Shown piece by piece: positions 28,671-38,493 of a stretch of DNA of 64,000 nucleotides. The stretch covers positions 1,344,001 to 1,408,000 of the forward strand of contig OY970342.1 in the NCBI GenBank assembly GCA_963717505.1, read 5' to 3'. The position numbers and the translations under genes are program-made. The DNA comes from Candidatus Eiseniibacteriota bacterium (GTDB taxonomy: Bacteria > Eisenbacteria > RBG-16-71-46). Position 1 is the stretch's first letter. Each line of letters opens with the position of its first letter. The notes beneath the pieces were generated by a model. The model was not told the origin of the DNA, did not search any database, and saw only the letters and a list, made by a program, of their open reading frames with translations.

Positions 28671-29428
28671 TAGGCGGCCCCTCCCGGCGGGCGGACCGTG
28701 GGTGCGTAGCGCGCGGCGACCGCGCGGGCGTCGAGTGCGCCGGTGTACAGCGGCTGGCCGAGGATCGCGCCATGCGCGCCGGCGGCTTCGAGCGTGCGTA
28801 AGTCGCCCAGCGAGTTCACGCCGCCGGCGACGTACACCGGCAGCGTGCAGTGAGCCATGACGTCGCGCACCAGGTCGATGTCGATGCCGCCGACCCGGCC
28901 TTCACGATGCACCGCGGTGACCAGGACACCGGCCAGCGGCAACGCATGCAGGCGATGCAGGATGTCGCGGATGTCGCGTTCGACCGATCGCGTCCAGCCG
29001 CGCGTCACCACGTTCCGTTCGCGGACGTCGGCGGCCACCACCAGCGTGGCCGGGAACGCATGGGCCATGGCGGTCAGCCAATCCGGCTGCTCGATCGCGC
29101 GCGTGCCCACGATCACGCGGGCGGCGCCGGCGTTGAGCAGCCGGGTGATCCCGCCGCCCGATCGCACGCCACCCCCGGCCTGCATCGAACCGGGACGCAG
29201 GGCGAGAACGCGCTCGACCACGCGGTGGTTGGCGCCGCGGCCGAGGGCGGCGTCGAGATCGATCACGTGCAGGGCGGGGAAGCCCAGCTCGAGCCAGTCG
29301 CGCGCGGCCGCAATCGGATCCTGGGCGACGGACCCGCCGTGGAGTTCCCCTTCACGTCGGGCCTGCGCCACGCGCTGGTTCTGGACGCACAGGCCGTCGC
29401 GGATGTCGAGCGCGGGAATCGCGATCAT
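28670..29428 (-). CDS. hisA: ProFAR isomerase HisA
   Basis: MIAIPALDIRDGLCV, LHVIDLDAA, QAGGGVR, VIVGT and VAGGV. Confidence 0.85.
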   Translation of the reverse strand: MIAIPALDIRDGLCVQNQRVAQARREGELHGGSVAQDPIAAARDWLELGFPALHVIDLDAALGRGANHRVVERVLALRPGSMQAGGGVRSGGGITRLLNAGAARVIVGTRAIEQPDWLTAMAHAFPATLVVAADVRERNVVTRGWTRSVERDIRDILHRLHALPLAGVLVTAVHREGRVGGIDIDLVRDVMAHCTLPVYVAGGVNSLGDLRTLEAAGAHGAILGQPLYTGALDARAVAARYAPTVRPPGGAA

Positions 29429-29574
29429 GCGGACCATTCCCACCGCGGTGGGCGGACGCGCGGTCGGGGCACGGGGGTGACCGCTTCGACGGACGCTTCG
29501 ATCGTCGCGTCGTCTCGGCTCGCCACCGCCGCCACGCCCGCATCCACCGCCAGGATTGTCATGAAGTTCGGCAT
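29425..29574 (-). CDS. Putative 49-aa small ORF coupled to hisA
   Basis: GAAGGA RBS, then MPNFMTILAVDAGVAAVASRDDATIEASVEAVTPVPRPRVRPPRWEWSA. Its TGA overlaps the hisA ATG. Below the ORF-track length cutoff. Confidence 0.5.
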   Translation of the reverse strand: MPNFMTILAVDAGVAAVASRDDATIEASVEAVTPVPRPRVRPPRWEWSA

Positions 29575-29739
29575 TCGAGTGTTCCTTCACCCGGTCGCGC
29601 GCACGATGTCGCGTCGCCACCGGTCAAGAATTCGATTTTGCCTTCCCTGGAAAGCAAACGCGGCCCGTTCCGGAGGGGACGGACCGCCTGGCACTGCCTC
29701 TGAGTTCGTAGTCGCGCGCAAGCGCAACTCACGGCGGAA

Positions 29740-29768
29740 ACGCTACGCCGATGACTATGAGCTGTCAA
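29740..29768 (-). promoter_or_regulatory. sigma70 promoter for the hisA-hisN unit
   Basis: TTGACA-N17-TAGCGT. Confidence 0.65.
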
Positions 29769-29794
29769 CCGGAAAAGTTCGCGGCCTCACGTCT

Positions 29795-31669
29795 TCAGGG
29801 CTGTGTCCCGCTCAATTGGCGGGCGAGATCCTCGAGCCCCAGAAGTCGCGCGATCTCCGGAGCATCGGCGTGCTTGGGATTCAGCTGGATCAGGCGCTCC
29901 AGGGCGCGCACGGCTCCCTGTCGGTCTCCGCGCGCGCCACGCACCCGCGCCTCGACCGCCCAGTAGTCCGCGCTCTCCCCAACGATTTCATACGAGCGTT
30001 GAATGAAGACCGCCGTCGAATCGATCGAGCCCATGGCCAGATGGGTCGTCGCCCGATTCTCGTAGAGCGTTCCCAACATCGGGCCACGACTCCGGGTCAC
30101 GGCGATCGCAATCGCGTAGAGCGAGTCGGCCTGCAGGTAGCGTCCTTCGAGTTGGGCGCGCGCGCCGGCGACGAAGGTCTTCACCGTCACCGGCTCCAGC
30201 ACCGCCGCCGGATCGGGCGAAAGGTCCACGAACTCCACGAGCACATCGAATTCCTCGAAGAGTCCCGCCCGCCCGCCAAACGACCTCCAGGTCAGGGACG
30301 AATCGCGGTACCAGACGCGCGGCGCGAGATCCTCGAGGAAGCCGACCTCGGCGAAGCGTGGCAGATTCCAGAATCGAACGCGGGCGCCACGCGGCAGCTG
30401 GGGATGCGCGGCCACCAGCGCGCGACGCGCGGAGTCCACCGTCTTCTGCAGGCGAGCCAGGCGCAGGTAGGACATGTGCGACGCCGTGGGCAGCGGGTGG
30501 GGCAACACCACGTCCGGGGCCGGATGCGCGAGCAGGAGCGCCAGGAGCCGGATCCCGGCGAACGCCACCGCCAGCGCCGGATGAATCGTCGCGAGCAGAA
30601 CCCCGGCAGCCGCACCGAACACCAGCGCCGACACCCAGGCGCGCCACGCATTCCAGTCGGGCAGGAGCTGGGCCAGTGGCAGCACGGCCAGCCCGAACGC
30701 GATCGCGAGCAACACCGGTGCTCGCCAACCCTTCGCAAGGCGCTGCCGTGCCGGAGCCAGGAAACAGATGCCGATCGCCGCGATCGCGAGCAGGACATAG
30801 AGCGTGGCCATGGCCGCAGCGACCTGGGGGTGAAGATCCTCGAAGTTGAGCGCGGCCGGGATCGCGCGTCTGAACAGATCGGTGATGCTCGCGACCGAAA
30901 ACGCACCGGCGGAACGCGGGGGCAGCGCAACGCCGTGCCGCAGCGCGGAGGAATAGCCCCACGCCCACAGACCGACGACCGCGGCGAGCGAAAGCAGCGC
31001 GATGGGTTTCGGTCGCCCCTGCCGCCACGCGATCACCGGCAACGCAATCAGCGCGAGCGCGGCCGACTCGTGGCTCAGGAGGCCGAGCCCGGCTGCCGCG
31101 GCGGCAAACAGCCAACGAGACGCGAGCGCTTCGTGAACGGTGAGGACCACGAATAAGCCCGCGAGCAGATGCTGACTTCCGCTCGGCCAGGCCACCAGCG
31201 CACGCGCGGGCTCCGCAAGGATCGGCAAGACGGCGATCGCCGCCGACGGGAGCGGCGGGAGTCCTCGGCGCGCGATGCGGAACATCAGGAACGACGTGCC
31301 GGCGAGCACGAGCGCGTTCGCGAACGCTGCCACCAGCGGTGCGGTGATCAGCGTCGGCCCGATGAGCGAAAACCACGCCTGGCGGCTGAACGGGCGCCAG
31401 TAGTAGGTGGCCCCCATCGAGTCGAGCCAATCGAGCGGGTGCTGGAACGCGAGATGGAACAGAAACGCGTAGTCGTCGGCGACCGGAACGCCCGGAGTGT
31501 AGCCGCGCAGCGACCAGGCGAGGGTGGCGAGTGCGACGCCGCCGACCGCCCACGCCCATCCGGTTGTGGAAAGGCCGCGGCGACGCACGGCAACGCCGGT
31601 TCCGGTTCCCTCGGCGGCGGACTTCTGCGGAGGTCGCCCGCGCCGCGGATCCTGCTTGCGGGTCTTCAT
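29795..31669 (-). CDS. Multi-TM GT-C-like membrane protein with C-terminal TPRs (TMTC-like)
   Basis: DDYAFL, YYWRPFSRQ and LLSHESA motifs, ~10 TM helices, TPR-like tail. Confidence 0.6.
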   Translation of the reverse strand: MKTRKQDPRRGRPPQKSAAEGTGTGVAVRRRGLSTTGWAWAVGGVALATLAWSLRGYTPGVPVADDYAFLFHLAFQHPLDWLDSMGATYYWRPFSRQAWFSLIGPTLITAPLVAAFANALVLAGTSFLMFRIARRGLPPLPSAAIAVLPILAEPARALVAWPSGSQHLLAGLFVVLTVHEALASRWLFAAAAAGLGLLSHESAALALIALPVIAWRQGRPKPIALLSLAAVVGLWAWGYSSALRHGVALPPRSAGAFSVASITDLFRRAIPAALNFEDLHPQVAAAMATLYVLLAIAAIGICFLAPARQRLAKGWRAPVLLAIAFGLAVLPLAQLLPDWNAWRAWVSALVFGAAAGVLLATIHPALAVAFAGIRLLALLLAHPAPDVVLPHPLPTASHMSYLRLARLQKTVDSARRALVAAHPQLPRGARVRFWNLPRFAEVGFLEDLAPRVWYRDSSLTWRSFGGRAGLFEEFDVLVEFVDLSPDPAAVLEPVTVKTFVAGARAQLEGRYLQADSLYAIAIAVTRSRGPMLGTLYENRATTHLAMGSIDSTAVFIQRSYEIVGESADYWAVEARVRGARGDRQGAVRALERLIQLNPKHADAPEIARLLGLEDLARQLSGTQP

Positions 31670-33543
31670 GAGGTCGGTCCCGCCGAAGAGTCAACGACCG
31701 CGGGCGCTGTGTTCGCGGAGTCAGGGGTACTCACCGGGAACAGGACCTCCCGTGCCGGACCGTTGAGTGTGACGCGCAGGGAATCCGCCGCCGGCAACGC
31801 CTCGGGTGCAAGCACGCCCTTGGCGATCATTGCGCGGCCGATGAAGTGCATCTGGTCGCGCGCATAGGGACGCAGCGCCCCGGCGTCGTCGAATCGCCAT
31901 CGCCACTTGCGCGGCGCCGGAATCACGGTCGCCAGGAACAGCGCCTCGGCGGTGGTGACGACGCCGGCATCGTGTCCGAAATAGTAGTGAGCGGCCTCGT
32001 CGGCGCCGTGGACCTCGGGTCCCCACTCGATGATGTTCAGGTAGATCTCGAGCAGCCGCCGCTTCGAGGCGCCGGACAGGTGCTCGAGGATCCACGCCAG
32101 CACCACCTCCTGGAGCTTGCGCGACAGGGTGCGGTCGTGACCCAGGTACAGATTGCGCGCGAGCTGCATGGTGATGGTGCCGGCGCCACGGCGGTACGCG
32201 CCGGCCCGGATGTTCTCGGCGACCGAGGCTTTGACCGCCTCCATGTTGAAGCCGCGGTGGCGGAAGTACCCGCCGTCCTCGTTGGTGATGACGCTCCAGG
32301 TCAGGACGGAATCGATCGCCTCGAGCGGCCGAAAGTGCGGGTTGGCGGGAGACAGATCGCGGTGCTCGACCCGGTCCCGGGGCAGGTGAATCGCCGCCAC
32401 GAACGGCGCGTCGAGCCCGGCGAGACGGAGTCGCGTGCCCGCCGGGTCGAGCCGCAACCCGTTCGGCAGGACGTCGGCGCGGAACTCCATGTCCTCCGGA
32501 CGGTCGAAATCGAGATCCACGTCGAGCCGATAGTCGAACGCGCCGCGCACCGACACGTCGTTCAGCCGTCCGAGCATGAGACTGGGAATGCTCGATCGGA
32601 TCTGTTCCTGAGTCACGCTGTCGGTGGCCATCGCGAGCGTGAATCGCGGCCCCGCGCGTTGCACGGTTCCCGACAAACGAAACCGGATGTTCCCGACCGT
32701 GAGTCGCGTGTCGTCGGCCAGCGTCAGACGGCCCTCGCGGCGGTCCTGGCGCACGGTGCCGGCGAGCGCGACGGCCAGCGTTTCGGGCGCATCGTCGACC
32801 GGGCGCGGGCTGACGAACGACGCCGAGCCCTCGAGGCGATCGTCGCCGCCGTAGGTGAGGGCACCGGTGAACGCGACCTCGCGTTCCGAGTGCAGTTTGC
32901 CGGACAGGGTGATGCGGCTCACGTCGCGCGCGTGGCTCAGCATGAGGCGATCGAGCGTGATTCCGAATGCATCCGGCTCTGCACTGGTTTCCAGGGTCAT
33001 GCGTTCGAGTTCGACTGGCGGGAGGCTTCGCGCAGGCGCCAGCAGCAGGCGGACCATCGAGTCGACCGCGCGCTGGAGTCGCAAGGCGTGGGCGCGGCGC
33101 GTGGCTTCGGGCGCGAGCACTTCGTCCTCCGGGGCGAGCGTGTCGGCGTCGGCCGGGGGGGAGGTCCGCGCACGAACCCGCACGTCGTGGAGCGCCAGGC
33201 GCGACAGTCTGGGCTTGAACAGGAGCAGCGACCCCAGCGAAACGCCGACCTCGATCTCACGCGCTCCCAGCACCGTGTCGCCCGGCGCCGAGGTCAGCGA
33301 CAGATTCGCGATGTGGCAGAGCCCGAACGGACTCACGCGCAGCGATTGCCAATCGGCCGAAAGGTCTCGCTGGGCGGCCGCGGCGCGCAGGCGGGCGGCG
33401 GCGACGCGGGCGCCGAGCATCGGCAAGGCGATGAACGCCAGGGCGGCGGCCGCGAGAAAGATCGCGAGCCCGAGTCGCGGACCGCGCCTCTTGGGGCCGC
33501 GGCCGTACGCGGGCAGCGCGGCGAAACGCAATCGGGGGAGCAT
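31666..33543 (-). CDS. Monofunctional peptidoglycan transglycosylase (GT51) with long N-terminal AsmA-like extension
   Basis: EDGGYFRHRG, GAGTITMQLARNLYL, RKLQE, KRRLLEIYLN and AAHYYF motifs; no transpeptidase domain. Confidence 0.85.
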   Translation of the reverse strand: MLPRLRFAALPAYGRGPKRRGPRLGLAIFLAAAALAFIALPMLGARVAAARLRAAAAQRDLSADWQSLRVSPFGLCHIANLSLTSAPGDTVLGAREIEVGVSLGSLLLFKPRLSRLALHDVRVRARTSPPADADTLAPEDEVLAPEATRRAHALRLQRAVDSMVRLLLAPARSLPPVELERMTLETSAEPDAFGITLDRLMLSHARDVSRITLSGKLHSEREVAFTGALTYGGDDRLEGSASFVSPRPVDDAPETLAVALAGTVRQDRREGRLTLADDTRLTVGNIRFRLSGTVQRAGPRFTLAMATDSVTQEQIRSSIPSLMLGRLNDVSVRGAFDYRLDVDLDFDRPEDMEFRADVLPNGLRLDPAGTRLRLAGLDAPFVAAIHLPRDRVEHRDLSPANPHFRPLEAIDSVLTWSVITNEDGGYFRHRGFNMEAVKASVAENIRAGAYRRGAGTITMQLARNLYLGHDRTLSRKLQEVVLAWILEHLSGASKRRLLEIYLNIIEWGPEVHGADEAAHYYFGHDAGVVTTAEALFLATVIPAPRKWRWRFDDAGALRPYARDQMHFIGRAMIAKGVLAPEALPAADSLRVTLNGPAREVLFPVSTPDSANTAPAVVDSSAGPTS

Positions 33544-33672
33544 GGTCGCCGACTCTAGCCCACCGGCAAATGCAACCGCATCCGGCGGGTGACTCGGGTG
33601 CATGGCAAAGCGCTCATTCCGCCGGCCCCGACGATTGATCGAGGGGCTCGACCCGCGCGCCGATAAGAGGAC

Positions 33673-35772
33673 ATGCACTTGGTTCTGGGTCTGCTCCTGG
33701 CGGCGCTGCTCGCCCCGTTCGGTCCGATCGCTCTCAGGGCCTGGGCTCTGGCGCGCGCGCGCCAGGACCCGGTTGCAGCGTGGTTCGGCTTCAGCATCCG
33801 GCTCCATGGCCTGTCGCTGGTGGTGCTCGCGATGCCGATCCTGGCGATGCTGTTCCGCAACGAGATGCGGCCCTGGTTCGAGCAGTCGTTCGTGGCACCG
33901 ATCGCCACACAACTGCGCTTCGCGGTCGGGCTGCTCCCGGTGGCCCTGTTTCACGCGAGCGCCACCCTGGTCGCGCACGACCTGTCGCGCATCCTGCGCG
34001 GGGTCGAAACCCCGCGCCGAGTGGCCGTGGAGCTTGCGGCGATCGGCGCGGCGATGATCCTGGTTCCGCTCTCCCTGCTGGCGTCGAGCTGGTCCGCGTT
34101 CGACACCTGGGGGCTCGAGGCCGGGATCGTCATGGCACTGCTTGCGGTCGTCGTCCCGCTCGCGCTCGGCGTGCGCGCACAAAAGCTCCAGGGCCTCACG
34201 CTGCATTCGATCACCACCGGCCCGCTGCGCGATCGCGCCTTCGACCTGGCGGCACGGGCCAGGGTTCGGCTCGACCAGGTGTATGCGCTGCCGCTGTCGA
34301 AATGGAAGCATGCGAACGCATTCGCCACCGAAGGCCGTCAGGTGCTGGTCACCGACTACCTCCTGGAGCACCTCGACCGGGAGGAAGTCGACGCCGTGCT
34401 GGCACACGAGATCGCGCACCTTGCCGGCAAGGATCCGGAGCGACAGACGCGCCTGCTGGTCGCGCTGACTTGGGCCAGCCTGATGCTCGCGATCTTCGGC
34501 GTGTCGCCAGCGGTCACGCTCGCCTGGATCCTGGCCGCGGTGCTGATCTGGCTCGGATACTCGCGTCGCTGCGAATACGGGGCCGACGCCCGGGCGCAGG
34601 CCCTCGGAGTCGTGCCGCAAGCCGCGATCACCGGGCTCGCCAAGCTCAACCGACTCGGCTCGGTGCCGACCGACTATCCGCGGTTCGTCGAATGGTGGTT
34701 GACGCATCCGTCGACCGAGCGTCGCGCTCGCGCCATGGGGAGCCGTGCCGGACTCGCGCGGGACGAGATCGAGCGGCTGCTGACGTTGCCGGAAACCCAG
34801 GCCGTGCGCCCACACTACCCGGCCCCCGAACTGGACCAGGAGAGCAAGGGATTCACCACGACATTCAAGCGATCGGTGCTGGTGCGGAACAGCATGCTCA
34901 CGATCCTCGTCGGCATCGCGGCGAGCCTGGCGTTCGTGAACCTGGCTCGGGCGATCGAGGTGACCGGGTGGGTGCGGCTCGGCCTGTGGCCGATCGTGGC
35001 CATCCTGGTGGCGACGGCCATGCTCGCGGTCTTCGATCGGCTCGCCACCGCACGATTCGGCCGAGTCGCACGCGCCGCCTTCGAGCGACTGGCCCCGAGT
35101 GACTCCGCCCTCGCGCGCGACGGACTCGAGGTCGGTTTCGCCCCGCACGAGATTCCTCATCTCTACGAAGGGTTCACCGTCTGGGACGTTGGACGCCTCG
35201 ATCTTCTCGCAGGGCGCTTGGACTACCGCGGCGAGCAAGTGCGGTTCTCTCTGAATCGCGAAGACGTGCTCGACGTGTGCCTGGTCGGGGGCAGTCCGGG
35301 GTGGATCCCCACCGCGCGGGTACTCGTCCGCTGGCGCCGCGCCGATGGGCGGAACGGAGTCTTCGCCCTGGCGCCTTCGGTGGCGCCGCGGCTGTCACGA
35401 GTGCACGCCCTGGCCCAGGCCCTCCATGCGAGCGTGCACGGCTGGTGGAGCAAGCCGACAACCCAGGGCCGGCACTCAGAGACCGGGCTCGGCGATCCGC
35501 CCACGGCGGAGGTGACCGGTCAGGCTCCCGGGTCCGAGATCACGCGCCAGGGGCTCGGCTCGCTCGTCGTCCTCTACGCGATCGGGACGTCGCTCCTGGG
35601 ACTCGCGGCGAGAATGCCCGCGGGGTTCTCGAACGAGCCAGGGTTGATCGATGCCTTCCTGGCCGCAACCCTCGGGAATCTGGTCCTGCTGATCCCGCTG
35701 ATCAGGTCCCGGCGCGCGGCCTTGACATCGGCCTCTAAGGAATTGGAATCGGACGCAAGCCGAGCCGCTTGA
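33673..35772 (+). CDS. M48 family membrane zinc metalloprotease with C-terminal extension
   Basis: ANAFA, AVLAHEIAH, SRRCEYGAD and THPSTERR. Confidence 0.85.
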   Translation: MHLVLGLLLAALLAPFGPIALRAWALARARQDPVAAWFGFSIRLHGLSLVVLAMPILAMLFRNEMRPWFEQSFVAPIATQLRFAVGLLPVALFHASATLVAHDLSRILRGVETPRRVAVELAAIGAAMILVPLSLLASSWSAFDTWGLEAGIVMALLAVVVPLALGVRAQKLQGLTLHSITTGPLRDRAFDLAARARVRLDQVYALPLSKWKHANAFATEGRQVLVTDYLLEHLDREEVDAVLAHEIAHLAGKDPERQTRLLVALTWASLMLAIFGVSPAVTLAWILAAVLIWLGYSRRCEYGADARAQALGVVPQAAITGLAKLNRLGSVPTDYPRFVEWWLTHPSTERRARAMGSRAGLARDEIERLLTLPETQAVRPHYPAPELDQESKGFTTTFKRSVLVRNSMLTILVGIAASLAFVNLARAIEVTGWVRLGLWPIVAILVATAMLAVFDRLATARFGRVARAAFERLAPSDSALARDGLEVGFAPHEIPHLYEGFTVWDVGRLDLLAGRLDYRGEQVRFSLNREDVLDVCLVGGSPGWIPTARVLVRWRRADGRNGVFALAPSVAPRLSRVHALAQALHASVHGWWSKPTTQGRHSETGLGDPPTAEVTGQAPGSEITRQGLGSLVVLYAIGTSLLGLAARMPAGFSNEPGLIDAFLAATLGNLVLLIPLIRSRRAALTSASKELESDASRAA

Positions 35773-36703
35773 GATTCTTCTGATCGCCGTTGCGATTGAG
35801 TTCCCAGTAGACAACGCGATCGGTGCCGGTCAGTTCACCGCGCTCGACGCCCCCGGGCCGGCCGCCGGTGTTCGCCGCTCGCCAGTCCCAGACCACGATC
35901 CGATGCGGATACTCGGTTTCGACGTGGTAGTAGCCTTCGCGATCATCGAGGCGCAGCACGTAGACCGCACATTCGAAGCTGCCGGCCGGAACCGTCACCC
36001 GCTCGGCGCCCTTCAGCCGTTCGATGGTTGCGGTGGTCCACTTGGCCGGACGGTGCGCCAGCCGGCGATGGAACGTCCCGGGCAGGAACGGAACCTCGCG
36101 CGTCTCGCCGGGTTCGAGAAACGGGCCACGCAGCCCGCGCAGTCGGATCCACAACTCGTCTTCGAGCAAACCGCCCGACGGACGGTCGAGTGTCGCCGAG
36201 CCGCTTTCATCTTCGAAGTAGCTCGAAATGGTCTGGCGCCAGCCGTTGCCTGTGCGGCGCAGCTCTTCATACACGTTGCCGCACCATTCCGTGCTCGCGA
36301 ACGACACCTTGACCGGCGTGAAGTCGGAGCTGCGAACGAACACCGAGACCATGGTGTTGTAGTCGTAGACCCCGGTCTGGAAATCGCGCGTCAGGTTGAG
36401 CTTGAGGGCGTCGAACGTGTCGCCCGAGGATTCCTCGGGGTTCTCGACTTTGACCAGCCGGCGGGCGCTGAACGGTTCGGTCACGTAGATCGCCGCTGCC
36501 TGGCCGGTGCGGTTTTGGCCGTATCGCGTCAGCTCCAGGCGGTAGCCGTTGACCTCGGCCTTGCCGTCGTGCCAATGCGCGTCGAAGTCGGTGCTTGCGG
36601 CTTCAGCGCTGCCGGAACGAGGCGTACCGCCGCGGTTCTTGGCGGCGATGGCGGCGACGATCGCGACGGCGATGAGAGTTGCCACGACGAGGCGTGTCTT
36701 CAT
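35735..36703 (-). CDS. Conserved secreted hypothetical protein
   Basis: Signal/TM segment, then WHDGKAEVNGY, YVTEPF, LKLN, FQTGVYDY and EWCG, which read like a conserved family. Confidence 0.6.
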   Translation of the reverse strand: MKTRLVVATLIAVAIVAAIAAKNRGGTPRSGSAEAASTDFDAHWHDGKAEVNGYRLELTRYGQNRTGQAAAIYVTEPFSARRLVKVENPEESSGDTFDALKLNLTRDFQTGVYDYNTMVSVFVRSSDFTPVKVSFASTEWCGNVYEELRRTGNGWRQTISSYFEDESGSATLDRPSGGLLEDELWIRLRGLRGPFLEPGETREVPFLPGTFHRRLAHRPAKWTTATIERLKGAERVTVPAGSFECAVYVLRLDDREGYYHVETEYPHRIVVWDWRAANTGGRPGGVERGELTGTDRVVYWELNRNGDQKNLKRLGLRPIPIP

Positions 36704-36808
36704 GGCGCAACGAGTATACGGCCGCTGCTTCCCGCCAACCACCCTTGCGCCGGAACGCGCGAACGCCCGCCGCGGAAGCGGCGGGCGCTCGGGACAACGA
36801 GAAACCTG

Positions 36809-37723
36809 CTACGCGACCGGCGTGCCGCGCGAGGCCATCCACTCCTGGTTCAGGTCCTGCACCTCGTCGACGAACGACACGTGCTTGGGCGTCCAGCCCA
36901 GCTCGCGCCGCGCCTTGCTCGAGTCGACCTTCTGGCTGGTGAGCAACGCGCGCCCGAACAGGCCGAGTTTCTTGACCACGTCGTCGGGATCGCGCGGGTG
37001 CGCCGTCGCGCCGGTCGCGCGCGCGATCGCCTCGGCGATCTGCCGCACGTTGAGCGTCGAGCCGTCGGTCAACAGATAGGCTTCGCCGTTCGTGCCGCGC
37101 TCGAGTGCCCGCAAGTACGCCTCGGCCACGTCCTCGCGGTGCACCAGGCCCCAGAACTGTCCGCCGCTCCCCGGATAGTGAACGGTGCGACGGTTGTGGG
37201 CTTCGGCGAACATCGCGCCGATCGTGCCGCGGGCGCCGCCGTAGACGGTCGCCGGCCGCATGACCATGACGCGCGCCTCGTGCTCGCCCAGGTCGAACGC
37301 AACCGATTCGTGCGCCTTGCGCCAGCGCACCAGATCGAGCGGGTTCAACGGAGCGGATTCGTCGATGGTCCGGCCGTGCGTGTCGCCGTGGACCCAGACG
37401 CCACTCGTGTACAGCAGGGTGCGCGCGCGACCGTCGAGCACGCTGGAACGAATCGCGTCGAGGGCGAGGCGGTCCTGGTTCGCGACATCAGAGGAATCGA
37501 ACGCGGCGTGAATCACCGCGTCGCAGTTCTTGAGCGCGCCCATGAACGTCTCGGGCTTGGCCAGCGAGCCGATGATCGGGGTGATGCCTTGCGCGGTCAG
37601 CGCCGGGGCCCGTTCGGGGTTGCGCGTCAGCCCATGGACTTCGTTGCCGGCGCGCACCAGCCGTGAGGCGATGGCGCTGCCTAGATATCCGGTAACACCG
37701 GTAATGAACACTCGATTGCTCAT
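36809..37723 (-). CDS. NAD-dependent epimerase/dehydratase (atypical SDR)
   Basis: VFITGVTGYLG, YTSGVWVHG and VHREDVAEAY. Confidence 0.9.
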   Translation of the reverse strand: MSNRVFITGVTGYLGSAIASRLVRAGNEVHGLTRNPERAPALTAQGITPIIGSLAKPETFMGALKNCDAVIHAAFDSSDVANQDRLALDAIRSSVLDGRARTLLYTSGVWVHGDTHGRTIDESAPLNPLDLVRWRKAHESVAFDLGEHEARVMVMRPATVYGGARGTIGAMFAEAHNRRTVHYPGSGGQFWGLVHREDVAEAYLRALERGTNGEAYLLTDGSTLNVRQIAEAIARATGATAHPRDPDDVVKKLGLFGRALLTSQKVDSSKARRELGWTPKHVSFVDEVQDLNQEWMASRGTPVA

Positions 37724-37735
37724 CCGTAAGACCTC

Positions 37736-37885
37736 GTTCCCGTCCGCCTGACTTGCGTACGCCCGAGCCGGGTGCCTGATTCCATCAGACCCGCCTTCAA
37801 GCGGACCCCGCCTTGGCGGTGCGGGTTCCCGGGTTCGGTGTTCATCGCGCCTGGCCTCCGTACAATTCCGGAGACCGCAGGGGTG
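37736..37885 (-). ncRNA. Candidate 6S-like rod-shaped RNA
   Basis: CCCCTGCGGT start, long-range pairings TTGTACG/CGTAC(GC)AA and GAGGCCAGGCGC/GCACCCGGCTC, central bubble with CTGAT-GGA-ATCAG hairpin, inner stem ACCCGC/GCGGGT. Judged by eye only. Confidence 0.35.
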
Positions 37886-37920
37886 CTCCGGAAGCTGGGC
37901 GCGTTCTCACCGTTCACCCG

Positions 37921-37936
37921 TGCAAGCCGTATTCCA
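37921..37936 (-). promoter_or_regulatory. sigma54 (-24/-12) promoter
   Basis: TGGAAT-ACGGC-TTGCA has the GG-N10-GC spacing; an ATTGCAG...CTGCAAT inverted repeat lies ~60-100 nt upstream. Confidence 0.5.
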
Positions 37937-38114
37937 CAATCCCAACCCGGTATTGCTTGCGAAATGCTGTCCCCGGGCGCGACGTTGGATGCCATGGGAT
38001 TGCAGCGGATGCGTTCGCGTCGTGAATTCTGCAATGGGCTGTCCCTGCGACGGGTTAGGAAGCTCACGAGCGGAAAACCTGTCGCCGTGACCGACGAAAT
38101 CGCCCGGTCCTGTG

Positions 38115-38477
38115 TCATCCACGAAACGTGCAGCGCGCTGTACAGGTTTCGTGAACCGTCAGGCTCGAAAGGCCGGGCAGGAGCGGCTGGAGCCGCCGCC
38201 ACAGCCATATGCAGAGGTGCTCCGACGTCGGGTTCTCGAGTCCCGGAACGTCGTTGAGCGTGCGATGATCCAGCTCGGTTCGCAGGAGCGGCTCGACCAC
38301 GCTCGTGATGTCGGCGAAGTCGACGAGCCAGCCCATACGCGGGTCGATCTCGCCGGCCACCGTGACCTCGACGCGAAACGAATGCCCGTGCATGCGCGCG
38401 CACTTGTGATCGGGTGGCACCATCGGCAAGCGGTGGGCCGCTTCGAATGTGTACTCGCGGGTCAGCTCGACGCGCAT
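38115..38477 (-). CDS. queD: 6-carboxytetrahydropterin synthase
   Basis: FEAAHRLP, CARMHGHS and LENPTSE. Confidence 0.95.
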   Translation of the reverse strand: MRVELTREYTFEAAHRLPMVPPDHKCARMHGHSFRVEVTVAGEIDPRMGWLVDFADITSVVEPLLRTELDHRTLNDVPGLENPTSEHLCIWLWRRLQPLLPGLSSLTVHETCTARCTFRG

Positions 38478-38493
38478 GCGGTCGGCTCCGGGT

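Noticed and set aside
29580-29700. FMN, c-di-GMP-I or ZMP riboswitch in the hisA leader
   Set aside because: Only fragments resemble them (GACCGGTGG, GGCAAA, and CCGCCTGG on the wrong strand); the required partner motifs and stems are missing.
33544-35238. 1190-aa version of the GT51 gene
   Set aside because: The extension is the antisense of the M48 gene; the credible start is near 33543. The same applies to the 1000-aa version of the kinase ORF.
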